From: Candidatus Latescibacterota bacterium
Lineage (GTDB): Bacteria > Latescibacterota > UBA2968 > GCA-2709665
DNA length: 64,000 nt
Direction: 5' to 3'
Assembly (NCBI GenBank): GCA_965205485.1
Contig: OZ242180.1
Location: forward strand, 448,001-512,000
Shown here: one piece after another, positions 38,049-48,107 of the stretch
Layout of the letters: each line of letters starts with the position of its first letter
Numbering within the stretch: position 1 is the first letter of the stretch
The notes under the pieces: model-generated
Database searches by the model: none
Seen by the model: the letters and a program-made list of their open reading frames with translations, nothing else
Told to the model about the DNA's origin: nothing
Position numbers and translations under genes: made by a program

Positions 38049-40319
38049 ATGTCAGTGACCGCGAAACAGGTTCAAGCGCCTTCTGCACGAACTTCCGCAT
38101 CCGCCCAAACGGGCCACGGATTTGGTACTGCGCCTGTCTTTCTCGCATCGATCAGCACCATACTCGGTGCGATTCTCTTCCTTCGATTCGGGTACGCCGT
38201 TGCACACGTCGGACTTTGGGGCAGTCTCATGATTATCGTCCTGGGGCATCTGGTGACTATTCCCACGGTCCTGGCAGTATCAGAGATAGCGACGAACCGC
38301 CGCGTTGCGGGTGGAGGCGCCTATTACATCATCAGCCGCTCCTTTGGAACCAGCATAGGGGGAACGATTGGAATAGCCCTGTACCTCTCACAGGCAATAT
38401 CCGTTGCCTTCTACCTTGTCGCATTCGCGGAAGCGTTTCAACCGGTCTTTAAATGGGTGGCGGAAGTCTACTTCATCCAGCCCGAGTCGCGTTGGATAAG
38501 TGTGCCTTTTACGTTTATTTTGATCGCAGTGATGCTCACCCGGGGCGCCGCCATCGGCGTCAAGGCGTTGTGGATCGTCAGCGCAATACTGGTGGCGTCG
38601 ATTCTGTCTTTCCTTTTCGGGCAGGGTCCTGACTCTATCCGCCCCGACGCGCTTCGTCTGACCGACAGCATCGAGAATGCGGACACGTTCGGAGTTGTCT
38701 TTGCCACGTGTTTTCCGGCCTTCACGGGTATGATCGCCGGTCTGGGTCTTTCCGGCGACCTGAAGAATCCCCAGCGGAGCATTCCTCTGGGAATAATCGC
38801 CGCGACGCTCGCAGGCATGTTCGTATACACACTGGTCGCGATAAAGCTCGCCCAGAGCGCCACACCGGAAGCACTCGCTGAGGACCAGTTCATCATGGCT
38901 CAGATTGCCTTGTGGGGCCCGGCAATTCATATCGGATTGGGCGCCGCCGCAGTTTCATCCGCCCTGGGCTCGATCATCGTGGCGCCGAGAACCCTTCAGG
39001 CCCTTGCCCGGGACAGAGTGCTGCCGATTCCGAAAGTGAACCGGTTGCTTGCGAAAGGCTGGGGCAAGGCGCAGGAACCTGTTTACGCAACTTTTGTTTC
39101 AGGCGCCGTCGCGGTTGCCTTCGTGGTTCTGGGAGACATCGACTTTATCGCGCAGATTCTTAGTATGTTCTTCATGGTGACTTACGGCGCTCTTTGTCTG
39201 GTGTCGTTCCTGGAGTACTTCGCGGGGAATCCATCTTACCGCCCCACGTTTCATTCACGTTGGTACCTGTCTCTTCTTGGCGCGGTAATGTGCGCGCTGA
39301 TGATGATCCAGATGAGCTTGATGTATACCTTTGTCTCAGTCATGCTTATGGCAGTGATTTACGCAGGACTGCGACGTACCAGGAAGGGTGAGCGCGACCT
39401 CTCGGCGATCTTCCAGGGAACGATGTTCCAACTGACTCGAAGGCTCCAGATCACGCTGCAAAAGAACCAGGTCGACAAGTCCGACGGTGGCTGGCGGCCC
39501 TCGATTGTTGCTGTAACGCGCTTCGGCGAGCGCCGCCTGGGTCACTTCGACCTGTTGCGATGGATCAGCCACCGGCACGGATTCGGGCATTTTATTCAGT
39601 TCTATCAGGGAGACTATTCGTTTTCCTCCGAGAGCGAAGCCCGGACACACGTCGACAAACTCATCGAACGGACCGATGTAAGCGGGGCCGGTGTATTCGT
39701 CGACACATTGATCTGTCCGACGTTCGAACTGGCGCTTGCGCAGACGCTGCAGCTGCCGGGAATCTCCGGCTTGCCTAACAACTGCGTATTGCTCGAATTC
39801 GACAAGGAACGTCCGGAAGAGATAAACGAGACCGTACAAGGAGTGCGTCTGGCAGCGGAATCGAAATTTAACGTTCTCACCCTCAGGTCTACGAATTACA
39901 GGTTCGGTTACAGATCATCCATTCATCTCTGGGTGACCCAGGAAAACCTCGCGAACGCGCCGCTGATGCTGCTATTGGCCTACATTATTGTTGGACACCG
40001 TGATTGGCGACGTGCCGAAATCAGACTGTTCGCGTGCTTCAACTCAGGGGATGCGGAGCGTGAGACCGACCGGCTTTCGAGCCTGATGACTGCGGGAAGG
40101 TTGCCGATATCCAGACAGAATGTGACTTCCGTTGATTGCGCGGACTCCGAGACCCTCGAGAAGGAAGTCTCCCTCCGGTCTTCCGAGGCCGATCTGGTCA
40201 TCGCCGGGATGAACGTGGAAAACACCGAATCAGACGAATTCGAGCAGCTGCTCAGGCGCTTCGACGGCGCTAATGACGTCTTGTTTGTCCACGCATCCGA
40301 GAAGGTATTGATCGAGTAA
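38049..40319 (+). CDS. Cation-chloride cotransporter (SLC12/CCC-like APC transporter)
   Basis: STILGAILFLRFG, SEIATN..VAGGGAYYIISRSFG, FPAFTGMIAG..SGDLKNPQRSIPLG, WRPSI cytoplasmic domain. Confidence 0.9.
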   Translation: MSVTAKQVQAPSARTSASAQTGHGFGTAPVFLASISTILGAILFLRFGYAVAHVGLWGSLMIIVLGHLVTIPTVLAVSEIATNRRVAGGGAYYIISRSFGTSIGGTIGIALYLSQAISVAFYLVAFAEAFQPVFKWVAEVYFIQPESRWISVPFTFILIAVMLTRGAAIGVKALWIVSAILVASILSFLFGQGPDSIRPDALRLTDSIENADTFGVVFATCFPAFTGMIAGLGLSGDLKNPQRSIPLGIIAATLAGMFVYTLVAIKLAQSATPEALAEDQFIMAQIALWGPAIHIGLGAAAVSSALGSIIVAPRTLQALARDRVLPIPKVNRLLAKGWGKAQEPVYATFVSGAVAVAFVVLGDIDFIAQILSMFFMVTYGALCLVSFLEYFAGNPSYRPTFHSRWYLSLLGAVMCALMMIQMSLMYTFVSVMLMAVIYAGLRRTRKGERDLSAIFQGTMFQLTRRLQITLQKNQVDKSDGGWRPSIVAVTRFGERRLGHFDLLRWISHRHGFGHFIQFYQGDYSFSSESEARTHVDKLIERTDVSGAGVFVDTLICPTFELALAQTLQLPGISGLPNNCVLLEFDKERPEEINETVQGVRLAAESKFNVLTLRSTNYRFGYRSSIHLWVTQENLANAPLMLLLAYIIVGHRDWRRAEIRLFACFNSGDAERETDRLSSLMTAGRLPISRQNVTSVDCADSETLEKEVSLRSSEADLVIAGMNVENTESDEFEQLLRRFDGANDVLFVHASEKVLIE

Positions 40320-40416
40320 TCTCCAATCCGAACGGTACGGCGGCTGGTTTGTGTCACCTGAATGTTCTCCCGGATCGCACGTATCTGTATTGCCGGCGAT
40401 GGTCCATGGCTCCCTA

Positions 40417-42627
40417 ATGTGCAATTCGCGCAAAATTCCAGTCTTCATTCATATCCCGTGGCCTGTCGTCCTCGCGACGTTGGTCCTGTTCCTTTCTTTC
40501 AGCGACTCGACCAATGCCGCAGACGCCGACCATCACCTGACCATCCTCCACACCAACGACCTGCTCGGGAGACTGCTTCCGGAGCCCTATCTCGGCCAAC
40601 CTGACTGGGGCGGTTTCGCGCGTCTTGCCCACGTAATCGAACAGGAACGAGGCGCCCGCCACGACTCGGTATTGATCCTGGACGGCGGCGACGCACTGGG
40701 CGATTCACCGATCGCCGCCGTAGACGACGGTCGGTTGGTCGTCCACCTGATGAACCGTATGGGATACGATGCCATGGTGTTGGGAAACCATGAGTTCGAC
40801 TATGGTATCGACTCTCTATACGCTCGACGCGATGAGGCGACGTTCCATCTGCTGGGTGCGAATCTGGGCGTCGAGTCGGACCGCCCGCCTCTCACCGCGC
40901 CATACGTCCTGAAGGAACGGGCCGGCCTTGAGGTCGCCGTGATCGGTCTTGTCTCGCCCGGCACAGCAAAATCGATTAACAAGATACAAAACCCCGCCCT
41001 GAGCATTGGAGACCCGAGGGCAGCGTTGCAAACTCTGCTGAAGGGACCGGCGGGGCAGGCCGACCTGCAGATCGTTCTGGTCCACATGAACGCCAGGGAG
41101 GCCGGGGACCTTGCCCTTGACTTTCCGGAAGTTGATCTATGGATTGCCGGAAGCCTCGCGAGGGTAACGCCGAAGGGTACCTATCAGCACGTGGTCCGCT
41201 TTGGTGGAGGCGGATACCTGGTGACCACACCCGGCAGGGGCGTCAAACTGGGGCGCATAGACCTGCGATTGCGACGAGACTGGTCGGGGATTGAACTGGT
41301 GGACGTCCGACCCGCGCTGGTGCCGGTTGACCCTCTTGTGTTGCAGGACAGGCACGTGTCGTTCCTCATCGACCGACAGCACGAGATCCTGAAAAAAGCG
41401 CTACGTGAAAATATCGGCCGCGTTGATGGCCCGATCGTGGACGCGCCGCAGTGGGTTGCCGATCTCATTCGCACGCGCCTGGACGCCGAAATAGGCATCA
41501 TCAATCATGGCACACTCCGGGAGCTGAACCTCGACGGCGATATCCAACTGGGAACACTCTTCCAGCTGGTGCGTTACGACGACATTCTGGTTCGCGTGGA
41601 GGTAACCGGGAGGCGGCTACGGGCGATGGCCGAGAGCAGCGCACGACGCACGCGTAAGGGAGAGCGACTGGCATTTTCCGGATTCGAACCCAAATCCGGC
41701 CGGGTTGGCGGCAGGATGCTCAGTCGGAAGGAGCGTTACCAGGTGGCCACAACCGGCTTTCTGGCCTCCGGCGGTGATGACTATCTGAGTTTCAAGGGAT
41801 TTCCGGAGCCGATATCGGGCCGGGAGATTACGCTGCTTCGGCTGCTCGAAGAACACCTGCGAGCACATCCCGCTGTCGGCCGTTGGGATGGCGCGAGGCA
41901 GATTGGACGCGGGGTGTGGAAGAACAGGACAAGCCTCAACGGGTCGCTGTCCCTTACCACTGTCGATGCATCCGCGGACCAGTATACCGGCGTGTCGTTC
42001 CTTCGAGGAGACGACGCACTGGCCTGGAACGGGCAACTGGAAAGCCACAACAGCTACGAGAGCCGGCGGGGCACGCTCGCCGGGTTATTCCGAACCGGAT
42101 TCGGCCAGGTGGTCACTCGCGACCGCCGTCGCGATGCCGTCGATCGCATGGAAGTTGAAGTACTCTATACACTGGCTGGACGCCGCCCGGCCCCGTTCCT
42201 GGGATTTGACGTTAACACGGTCTGGACGTCCGGACAGGGCGAAAGACATCCCGTAACGCTGCGGATGAAGGGCGGCGTGTACCGGTCTCTCGGTACCGAT
42301 GCCGGCGTTCGAGTGGGTCTCGCCGTCGAGAGGGACTTCGTTACGGCGGACTATGTCGCCGGACTGGAAATCGCGCCGAAGTACAGAGCGCAACTGCGAT
42401 CGGGCAACGTCCTTGCGTCGGAAACCAAATTCTTCTGGGGAGCAAGCCAGAGGAGTACGTTGTCGTTGCAGAATTTCAACAGTCTTCAAGTCCGGCTGGT
42501 TGGCAATCTGGCCGCCACGCTGGATGCCAACCTCTTCCTGCATCGAGACAGCAATGTCCAGGCGCTGGCCGTCAAATCCGAGATACACTTCGGAATGGGC
42601 TACTCGTGGAGTAAGAAATGGTTTTGA
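40417..42627 (+). CDS. 5'-nucleotidase/metallophosphoesterase-like protein fused to a C-terminal outer-membrane beta-barrel
   Basis: Signal peptide; LHTNDLLG, DGGD, GNHEFD; 5'-NT C-domain (INHGTLR, FLASGGDDY); amphipathic beta strands ending GYSWSKKWF; start uncertain. Confidence 0.8.
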   Translation: MCNSRKIPVFIHIPWPVVLATLVLFLSFSDSTNAADADHHLTILHTNDLLGRLLPEPYLGQPDWGGFARLAHVIEQERGARHDSVLILDGGDALGDSPIAAVDDGRLVVHLMNRMGYDAMVLGNHEFDYGIDSLYARRDEATFHLLGANLGVESDRPPLTAPYVLKERAGLEVAVIGLVSPGTAKSINKIQNPALSIGDPRAALQTLLKGPAGQADLQIVLVHMNAREAGDLALDFPEVDLWIAGSLARVTPKGTYQHVVRFGGGGYLVTTPGRGVKLGRIDLRLRRDWSGIELVDVRPALVPVDPLVLQDRHVSFLIDRQHEILKKALRENIGRVDGPIVDAPQWVADLIRTRLDAEIGIINHGTLRELNLDGDIQLGTLFQLVRYDDILVRVEVTGRRLRAMAESSARRTRKGERLAFSGFEPKSGRVGGRMLSRKERYQVATTGFLASGGDDYLSFKGFPEPISGREITLLRLLEEHLRAHPAVGRWDGARQIGRGVWKNRTSLNGSLSLTTVDASADQYTGVSFLRGDDALAWNGQLESHNSYESRRGTLAGLFRTGFGQVVTRDRRRDAVDRMEVEVLYTLAGRRPAPFLGFDVNTVWTSGQGERHPVTLRMKGGVYRSLGTDAGVRVGLAVERDFVTADYVAGLEIAPKYRAQLRSGNVLASETKFFWGASQRSTLSLQNFNSLQVRLVGNLAATLDANLFLHRDSNVQALAVKSEIHFGMGYSWSKKWF

Positions 42628-42735
42628 TGGATTCCCTTTTTTTCAAAATCGACAGCGAAGGAGCGAGAGATTGCACCTCCAGGAGTATCATTCAGACGCT
42701 ACGCTACCCCATCGTACATTCGAACACTTTGGATT

Positions 42736-43290
42736 TTACGCCACCAAATTCCCTATCCGATATGTAACATACTGTTTTACTTTCTGAAACGTCTGATCCT
42801 CGTCGCCACTGGCATCGACGTATTGCAACTTCGGTCGATCCAGATCCTGCAGGTATTTCCAGATATCGCGGACCTTCTGCTCATTCCTGTAGTAGGCGGG
42901 AGCGGCGTACGCCTCCGGCATCGCCCTGTGCCGCGCCTCGAGCCGCTCCAGACACAATTCGTGTGAGCATTGGAGTACGACGGGCAGGAATTGAGTCTGC
43001 GGATGCCGTTCGAGAATTCCGTCCAGTTTCCGCCATTGGAAGTCCCACCCCAGGGTCAGGTCGAGAATCACGGTGGCGGAAGCTTGGATGAAGTCCTCGC
43101 AGAGGCGGAACAGCACGTCGTACGCAACCCGGTACGCGTCAATCCGCCCTTCTCCGATTCCCTGCGATCCTTCGATCGTTCGACCGATGGAATCCGAACT
43201 CAAGCATGGCAGATTGAACTCACTGCAAAGCCTCTGGCAGATCGTTGTCTTCCCGGCTCCCGGGAACCCGCCTATCGCAATCATTGCCAT
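42736..43290 (-). CDS. P-loop kinase (AAA_33-like)
   Basis: GGFPGAGKTT, LSSD, VILD, CLERLEAR. Confidence 0.85.
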   Translation of the reverse strand: MAMIAIGGFPGAGKTTICQRLCSEFNLPCLSSDSIGRTIEGSQGIGEGRIDAYRVAYDVLFRLCEDFIQASATVILDLTLGWDFQWRKLDGILERHPQTQFLPVVLQCSHELCLERLEARHRAMPEAYAAPAYYRNEQKVRDIWKYLQDLDRPKLQYVDASGDEDQTFQKVKQYVTYRIGNLVA

Positions 43291-43365
43291 ATGATTCTCC
43301 GTGACCGGGTCATTGAAGGGGTGATTCGACCCGGTAGCGGGAAGGCGTTCCTGATTAATCCGCGG

Positions 43366-44496
43366 CTAAGCCAACTCCACCTTGAACAGGAAACTCGCGC
43401 GGAAGTGGTTGTCCGACTCGGCCACGATGAATGTCTTCGCGTCCACCATGCACATATGGTGCGCCAGCCAGCACCGCGTTCCGTCCCGCGTATCCTGAAT
43501 GGGGCCCAGGTTTTCGAACAACCCCGTCACGCGATTGTACGTGAAGAAGTGCGTATCGTAGTCTCCCCCGCTGACCCCGTAGATCAGCCCGTCCGGACCC
43601 TCGATCAACCCCTTCATGCGCGGCGCGACATAGGGCTTTCCCAAATACACGACATTCACCCCGGGCCCCCGGTGATCCACCCGCGCAAGCGCCCCTGCGG
43701 CGGTACCGACGTACACCGTCCCGTCCTCCGTCAACAGCGACGAATCCATCTGATTCGACCCTTTGATTCCCGGCGAAACGTCCGGCAGGTCCACGTTCGT
43801 AAACTCGATCTCGTCCCGGTCAGGATCGTATCGCAATAGTGGATAGCGCCCGGCCCATTGCATCAATTCGTACGTGTGCCAGGCGCCGCCGTCCGCGTCC
43901 AGGGCGAGATGCTCGGTGGACACGTCACCCAGCATGGTCAGCACGCGCGCGCTGTCGCTTCCAATGTCGTATCGAAACATCTTTCGTCCGGGAAACGTAT
44001 CGCCGTAGATGATGCCCCGGCGGCGATCCATGACGAATCCCTGGACGTAGTCGTGCTCGATCGGGATACACAGGAACTCGTACTCACCGGTACGGGGGTC
44101 GTATCGGAAGATCGGTCCGCCCGTGGCTTTCGGCCAGATATCGGCGTCGCCCAGCGTGGCGACACCCGCGTACACACGTCCCTCGTCGTCCACCTCCAGG
44201 CCCTGATGGATTTTGCTTCCGTACCGGTCCCGTTCCCCGGGATAGTTCAGGGACGTCCACGTATCCGTTGCGGGGTCGAATGAGTAGAAGATGTCCCTGT
44301 CCAGCGCGGTCAGCCCCACGTAGACAAGGCCGTCGGTGGGGTTGTAGCACACGCACGTGGGAGAGATCCACTTCCTGCCGAAGACCTCGTCTTCAATCCA
44401 GTCTTCGCTCGCCTTCCACTTCGTAAAATGCGACCACTTCTCCATGCTGATTTCGCATTCCCGAAGCCGATGGGCGGTGATTCTTTCAATCTTCAT
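43366..44496 (-). CDS. Hypothetical beta-propeller protein
   Basis: Repeated blade motifs (DGLVYVG, FYSFDP, IFRYDP, LRYDP, DGTVYVG, DGLIYG). Confidence 0.75.
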   Translation of the reverse strand: MKIERITAHRLRECEISMEKWSHFTKWKASEDWIEDEVFGRKWISPTCVCYNPTDGLVYVGLTALDRDIFYSFDPATDTWTSLNYPGERDRYGSKIHQGLEVDDEGRVYAGVATLGDADIWPKATGGPIFRYDPRTGEYEFLCIPIEHDYVQGFVMDRRRGIIYGDTFPGRKMFRYDIGSDSARVLTMLGDVSTEHLALDADGGAWHTYELMQWAGRYPLLRYDPDRDEIEFTNVDLPDVSPGIKGSNQMDSSLLTEDGTVYVGTAAGALARVDHRGPGVNVVYLGKPYVAPRMKGLIEGPDGLIYGVSGGDYDTHFFTYNRVTGLFENLGPIQDTRDGTRCWLAHHMCMVDAKTFIVAESDNHFRASFLFKVELA

Positions 44497-44557
44497 GACA
44501 TCCTCCTCGTGTGTAGACTCGTGGTCGCATGCGTGCGCCTTGCCGTTACGCGGTCGA

Positions 44558-45328
44558 TCAGCTGGTTTCTGTCCGTTGCGATGGAAGGACGGCGATCAGC
44601 CGGCAGGGCGCCGCGCATGCGCCTCGGATCTTCATCGGCAGGGCGATCAGCCGAATGCGGGGAACGGCAATCTCCGCCACGTTCATCAGCGAACCGATCA
44701 CCAGAACGCCGGACCTCATCAGCATGGGCCAGAAACTGGGTTCTTCCTCCCCGTCGTGCCAACTCGCCATGTCCGACGCCAGGATCGAAGGCTTTTGACT
44801 CACCGCCCAGTCGATCGCGTCGTAGCTGAAATGCGGCGTCAGTTCGCAGCGAATGTCGCTGCTGCCAAACCGGTTGTATCCTGTGGCGACCAGTATCGCG
44901 TCCCCCGGATGGATCGTCTCTCCCAGGTCCGCCAGAGCTCGGTCCAGGTCGGCGGCGGTCACCTTTTCGTCCTTCCCTTTGGTAACGTGCATCACCACCG
45001 TGGACACGAACAGCCGTTCCAGGCCGACATCGGCAACCGACTCCATTTCCGGATAGAGGTGTGCTCCCGTTTCCAGATAGTTGCCGGCCTGGACGCACAT
45101 CCGGACTTCCTGCGTGTAACTGCGGTACTCACGTCCCAGGCACAGGGCCTCCATTTCTTTGTCCAGTTCACGCATGTGAAACGACGGCAGGGTTCCCGTC
45201 ATATCAACCGGCATCCCGTTGAAATAATCGCAGGTGAGGTCGACCAGCCGTCCCATATCCCATTTCTGGTTCAGCTCGACACCCGAATTTCCGCCGCCGC
45301 TCTCTTCCTCTTTTCTTTCTGACTTCAC
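44558..45328 (-). CDS. Cyclase/kynurenine-formamidase family protein with a degenerate metal motif
   Basis: LVDLT, PGDAILVATG, PHFSYDAIDW, LIALPMKIRGACAAPCRLIA; true start may be MGRLVD at 45256. Confidence 0.8.
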   Translation of the reverse strand: MKSERKEEESGGGNSGVELNQKWDMGRLVDLTCDYFNGMPVDMTGTLPSFHMRELDKEMEALCLGREYRSYTQEVRMCVQAGNYLETGAHLYPEMESVADVGLERLFVSTVVMHVTKGKDEKVTAADLDRALADLGETIHPGDAILVATGYNRFGSSDIRCELTPHFSYDAIDWAVSQKPSILASDMASWHDGEEEPSFWPMLMRSGVLVIGSLMNVAEIAVPRIRLIALPMKIRGACAAPCRLIAVLPSQRTETS

Positions 45329-45586
45329 TTCTTTCCTCCGTATCGTTCATCCTATCGCTGAAGCAAGTATTCGGTGGTGGCGATGGGCGCTTTTATTCGC
45401 GGCATGAAGCGGGAAGACGTAAGCCGGTAGAAATAGGAGGTCCAAACCTCACCCAACCGGCTCGCACTCCCGTGCGCAAATCACGTCTTTTGATTCTTGC
45501 GCGAGTCCATTGTGGTCGTTTCGTACGGAAGAATTTCCGCCTCCTCTTCCTTCTTCCTTCTTAATTCTTAATTCTTCCTTGCCCCC

Positions 45587-47551
45587 TTACGCATATGGAA
45601 AGAACGCATTGGAGACCGCCCCCGTAAAGTAGTCCACGGCAATCCAGAGCCCGGTACAAACAGCCTCACCCAGTATGATTCCCATGAAAAACGGCCGGGT
45701 CGACCGGTACATCCTGGCGCCCCCGAACCTCAATACCAGGTCTTTTACTCCCCAGGCGAGAAACACATTGATAAAGAAGTAATCCGTATACGCAATTGTG
45801 CTGACGGGAAGCGCGACGGGGTGCAGGGGCCACCACACGAACCGCGCCCGCATCGCCGCCAATGACGCCGCAATGGCGCCGCCCAGACCCAGATACAGAA
45901 ACCCTCTGGTGAAGATCGGACTCGGCTCGAGCATGCGCCGTCCAACAAAGGCATCGAATGGAAGGCGCGCGTAGTCCAGAAAGTGCCGGTCCAGATTCAG
46001 CCCGCCGTGCCCGTAGCCGAGCTTCAGGGTCATCGTACTCGCGGTGATGAGCCCCACCGCAAGCGCCAGACCCATTGCCCACACGAGGCACCGCCTCCGT
46101 GCGAACCGGCGCGCAAGAAAGAGGGCACCCGCCGCACGGGGCATCAATGTGCTCGTTCGCGTCATCGTCCACGCGTAACCGAACCCGAGCGTAACCAGCC
46201 CGGACGGGCCGAACGCGGAAGACCCGATCATGCATACGGCGAACTCGGAGGGATTGATGGGCGAGTACGCGGTGACGAATCCGGTCTCGCTCACAATCCG
46301 GGCTATCACCAGATATACGATGAAACAGGAGGCGAACAACACCAGAATTGCAGGCGGCGACACCCCGGCCTGGTACAACCAGCACCCCAGGTACAGGGTT
46401 CCTCCGGCGATCCCGAACACCGCCGCCCGGTAAGACATCACCTCCTTTGAATCGTCCGCCGCGGATGGTCTTCCCAGCGCTTTCGCAGCGACCTGGCGCA
46501 GGTGTTCGCGCCCGACCCAAAGGCTGTACGCGGCAAGGACCACCATGTAGCCCATGCCCATCAGTGCCAGCGAAGCGTGTCCCTGGGAACTGAACCTGCC
46601 CACCACACCCGAGACATTGTAGCGTTCCGCACCCAGGATTGCCAGTACTCCCCGGGCAATCTTGGAGATCACGTTGAAAACCCAGATGCTCAGGCTCACG
46701 TCCGTATTCACGAAATAGGAGTAACCCAGAATAGCAAAGTGGAGCCTGAGGCGCAAGGGCGTCGTACCGTCGAAAATCCAGATATCGTGGACGAGGCCGA
46801 TCCGCGGGACCGAGTGAAAATAGTGGTGCAGCGCGTTGATCGACCCTATCGCGAACGGAATCGCGAAACCCGCCCACATCAACCGGCTCCTGAAGAGCCG
46901 TCCCATCCTTCCATTTCGGGTTTCGCTCACCTCCAGGGGCACCTGCATGATCGGAAACGCGAACCGTTCGTGGTCCTCCCACTGCTTCCGCAGGATTACC
47001 GCCAGACAGATCAGCACCCCGAGAAGCGCCAGCAGAAACGCGCCCCAGCTTACGAGCGGGACGAGCCACGCCTCCCACGGCGGCGGAACGCCGTCGGGCA
47101 GCCCCTCGTAGAGGCCGCGGACGACCTCGGCGTCCCGCGGCGCCGTCCAGGAGACGATATTGGGCAACACGGCTTCCAGGTCGCGCCGTTCGGGAGAAGC
47201 GTAGTAGGTGACGCCGGTGAGGTACGAGATCAGGTGCTTGACCATTTGCGAGACGGGCAGCAGAAAAAGAAACATCACGTAGATGGCCAGCAGTTCGCCG
47301 CGATTCAGGGCGAATCTTCTCCTCAGCGCTGCAAGAAGCGGATTGGCGAACAGCACGAGCAGGAAAAGGAGTACCAGCGCACCGCGGTCTATAAAATACG
47401 CGTTCAGCCACCGGCCCTGGATCACCATGCGATTGTAGGGCAGCACCACACCCAGAAACGCGCACAGTGCGATACCTATCATAAAGGCCCGAGGGCTCAG
47501 GCCGTCCCGCCCATCCCCGTCGGGCGCGCGGAAGCGTGGTTCGCGGTTCAT
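45587..47551 (-). CDS. DUF6785/DUF6784-type polytopic membrane protein (putative transporter)
   Basis: ELLAIYVM, PWEAWLVPL, ILRKQWEDHERFAFP, WWPLHP, RPFFMGIILG. Confidence 0.8.
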   Translation of the reverse strand: MNREPRFRAPDGDGRDGLSPRAFMIGIALCAFLGVVLPYNRMVIQGRWLNAYFIDRGALVLLFLLVLFANPLLAALRRRFALNRGELLAIYVMFLFLLPVSQMVKHLISYLTGVTYYASPERRDLEAVLPNIVSWTAPRDAEVVRGLYEGLPDGVPPPWEAWLVPLVSWGAFLLALLGVLICLAVILRKQWEDHERFAFPIMQVPLEVSETRNGRMGRLFRSRLMWAGFAIPFAIGSINALHHYFHSVPRIGLVHDIWIFDGTTPLRLRLHFAILGYSYFVNTDVSLSIWVFNVISKIARGVLAILGAERYNVSGVVGRFSSQGHASLALMGMGYMVVLAAYSLWVGREHLRQVAAKALGRPSAADDSKEVMSYRAAVFGIAGGTLYLGCWLYQAGVSPPAILVLFASCFIVYLVIARIVSETGFVTAYSPINPSEFAVCMIGSSAFGPSGLVTLGFGYAWTMTRTSTLMPRAAGALFLARRFARRRCLVWAMGLALAVGLITASTMTLKLGYGHGGLNLDRHFLDYARLPFDAFVGRRMLEPSPIFTRGFLYLGLGGAIAASLAAMRARFVWWPLHPVALPVSTIAYTDYFFINVFLAWGVKDLVLRFGGARMYRSTRPFFMGIILGEAVCTGLWIAVDYFTGAVSNAFFPYA

Positions 47552-47844
47552 CCCCGATCCGCTCCCTTCGCTTCAGAAACGCGTCACTCCCACTCCGCCA
47601 CCAGGGGGATGACGCCGTCGGCCAAGGTGATCACGTCAGCCATTCGTCCGGCCGCGAGCGGAGGAATTCCGGTTCCAGAGATCCGTGAGCCCGGCCCATC
47701 TCGGCAGGGCTTCCCCGGAACACGTGGAAATTCACCGGTCCTTCACGAAGCAATACCACGGGACCACGCATTGAACTCTCCTCAAGTATCGCGGGTACTC
47801 ACAGAAAACGGACAATCCGGAATGCGAGGAGCCGCAAGACAGAA

Positions 47845-47868
47845 ACGGCAGCCCTCTGAGGCTGCCGT
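47845..47868 (-). terminator. Terminator-like hairpin
   Basis: ACGGCAGCC-6 nt-GGCTGCCGT followed by TTCTGTCTT on the minus strand. Confidence 0.5.
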
Positions 47869-48107
47869 CCGTACGGCGTGCATCCTGATAAAGACGCCAA
47901 AAACCAATAATAGGCATCCAAAGGTATTGGCAGGTCGTTGTGCCGCCCCGAAAGGGTACACAACCCGGCCTGTTCAACGAGTGAAAACAATACATCGCCT
48001 GGGAACAAATCCGTCCTGGGCGCCCGTCGCGAGACTTCCTGTCCTGTTGAACTAATTCGCGCCGGCTGCTACCGTATCGTCAATAGAAAATTCGCTTCGT
48101 GGATGTT

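Noticed and set aside
47584..47643. Short minus ORF MADVITLADGVIPLVAEWE resembling an ABC ATPase tail
   Set aside because: Only 19 aa; too short to support.
45666..48055. 599-aa (-) and 517-aa (+) ORFs overlapping the DUF6785 gene, and similar shadow ORFs elsewhere
   Set aside because: Alternative-frame artefacts of high GC; a motif-bearing gene occupies the same span.
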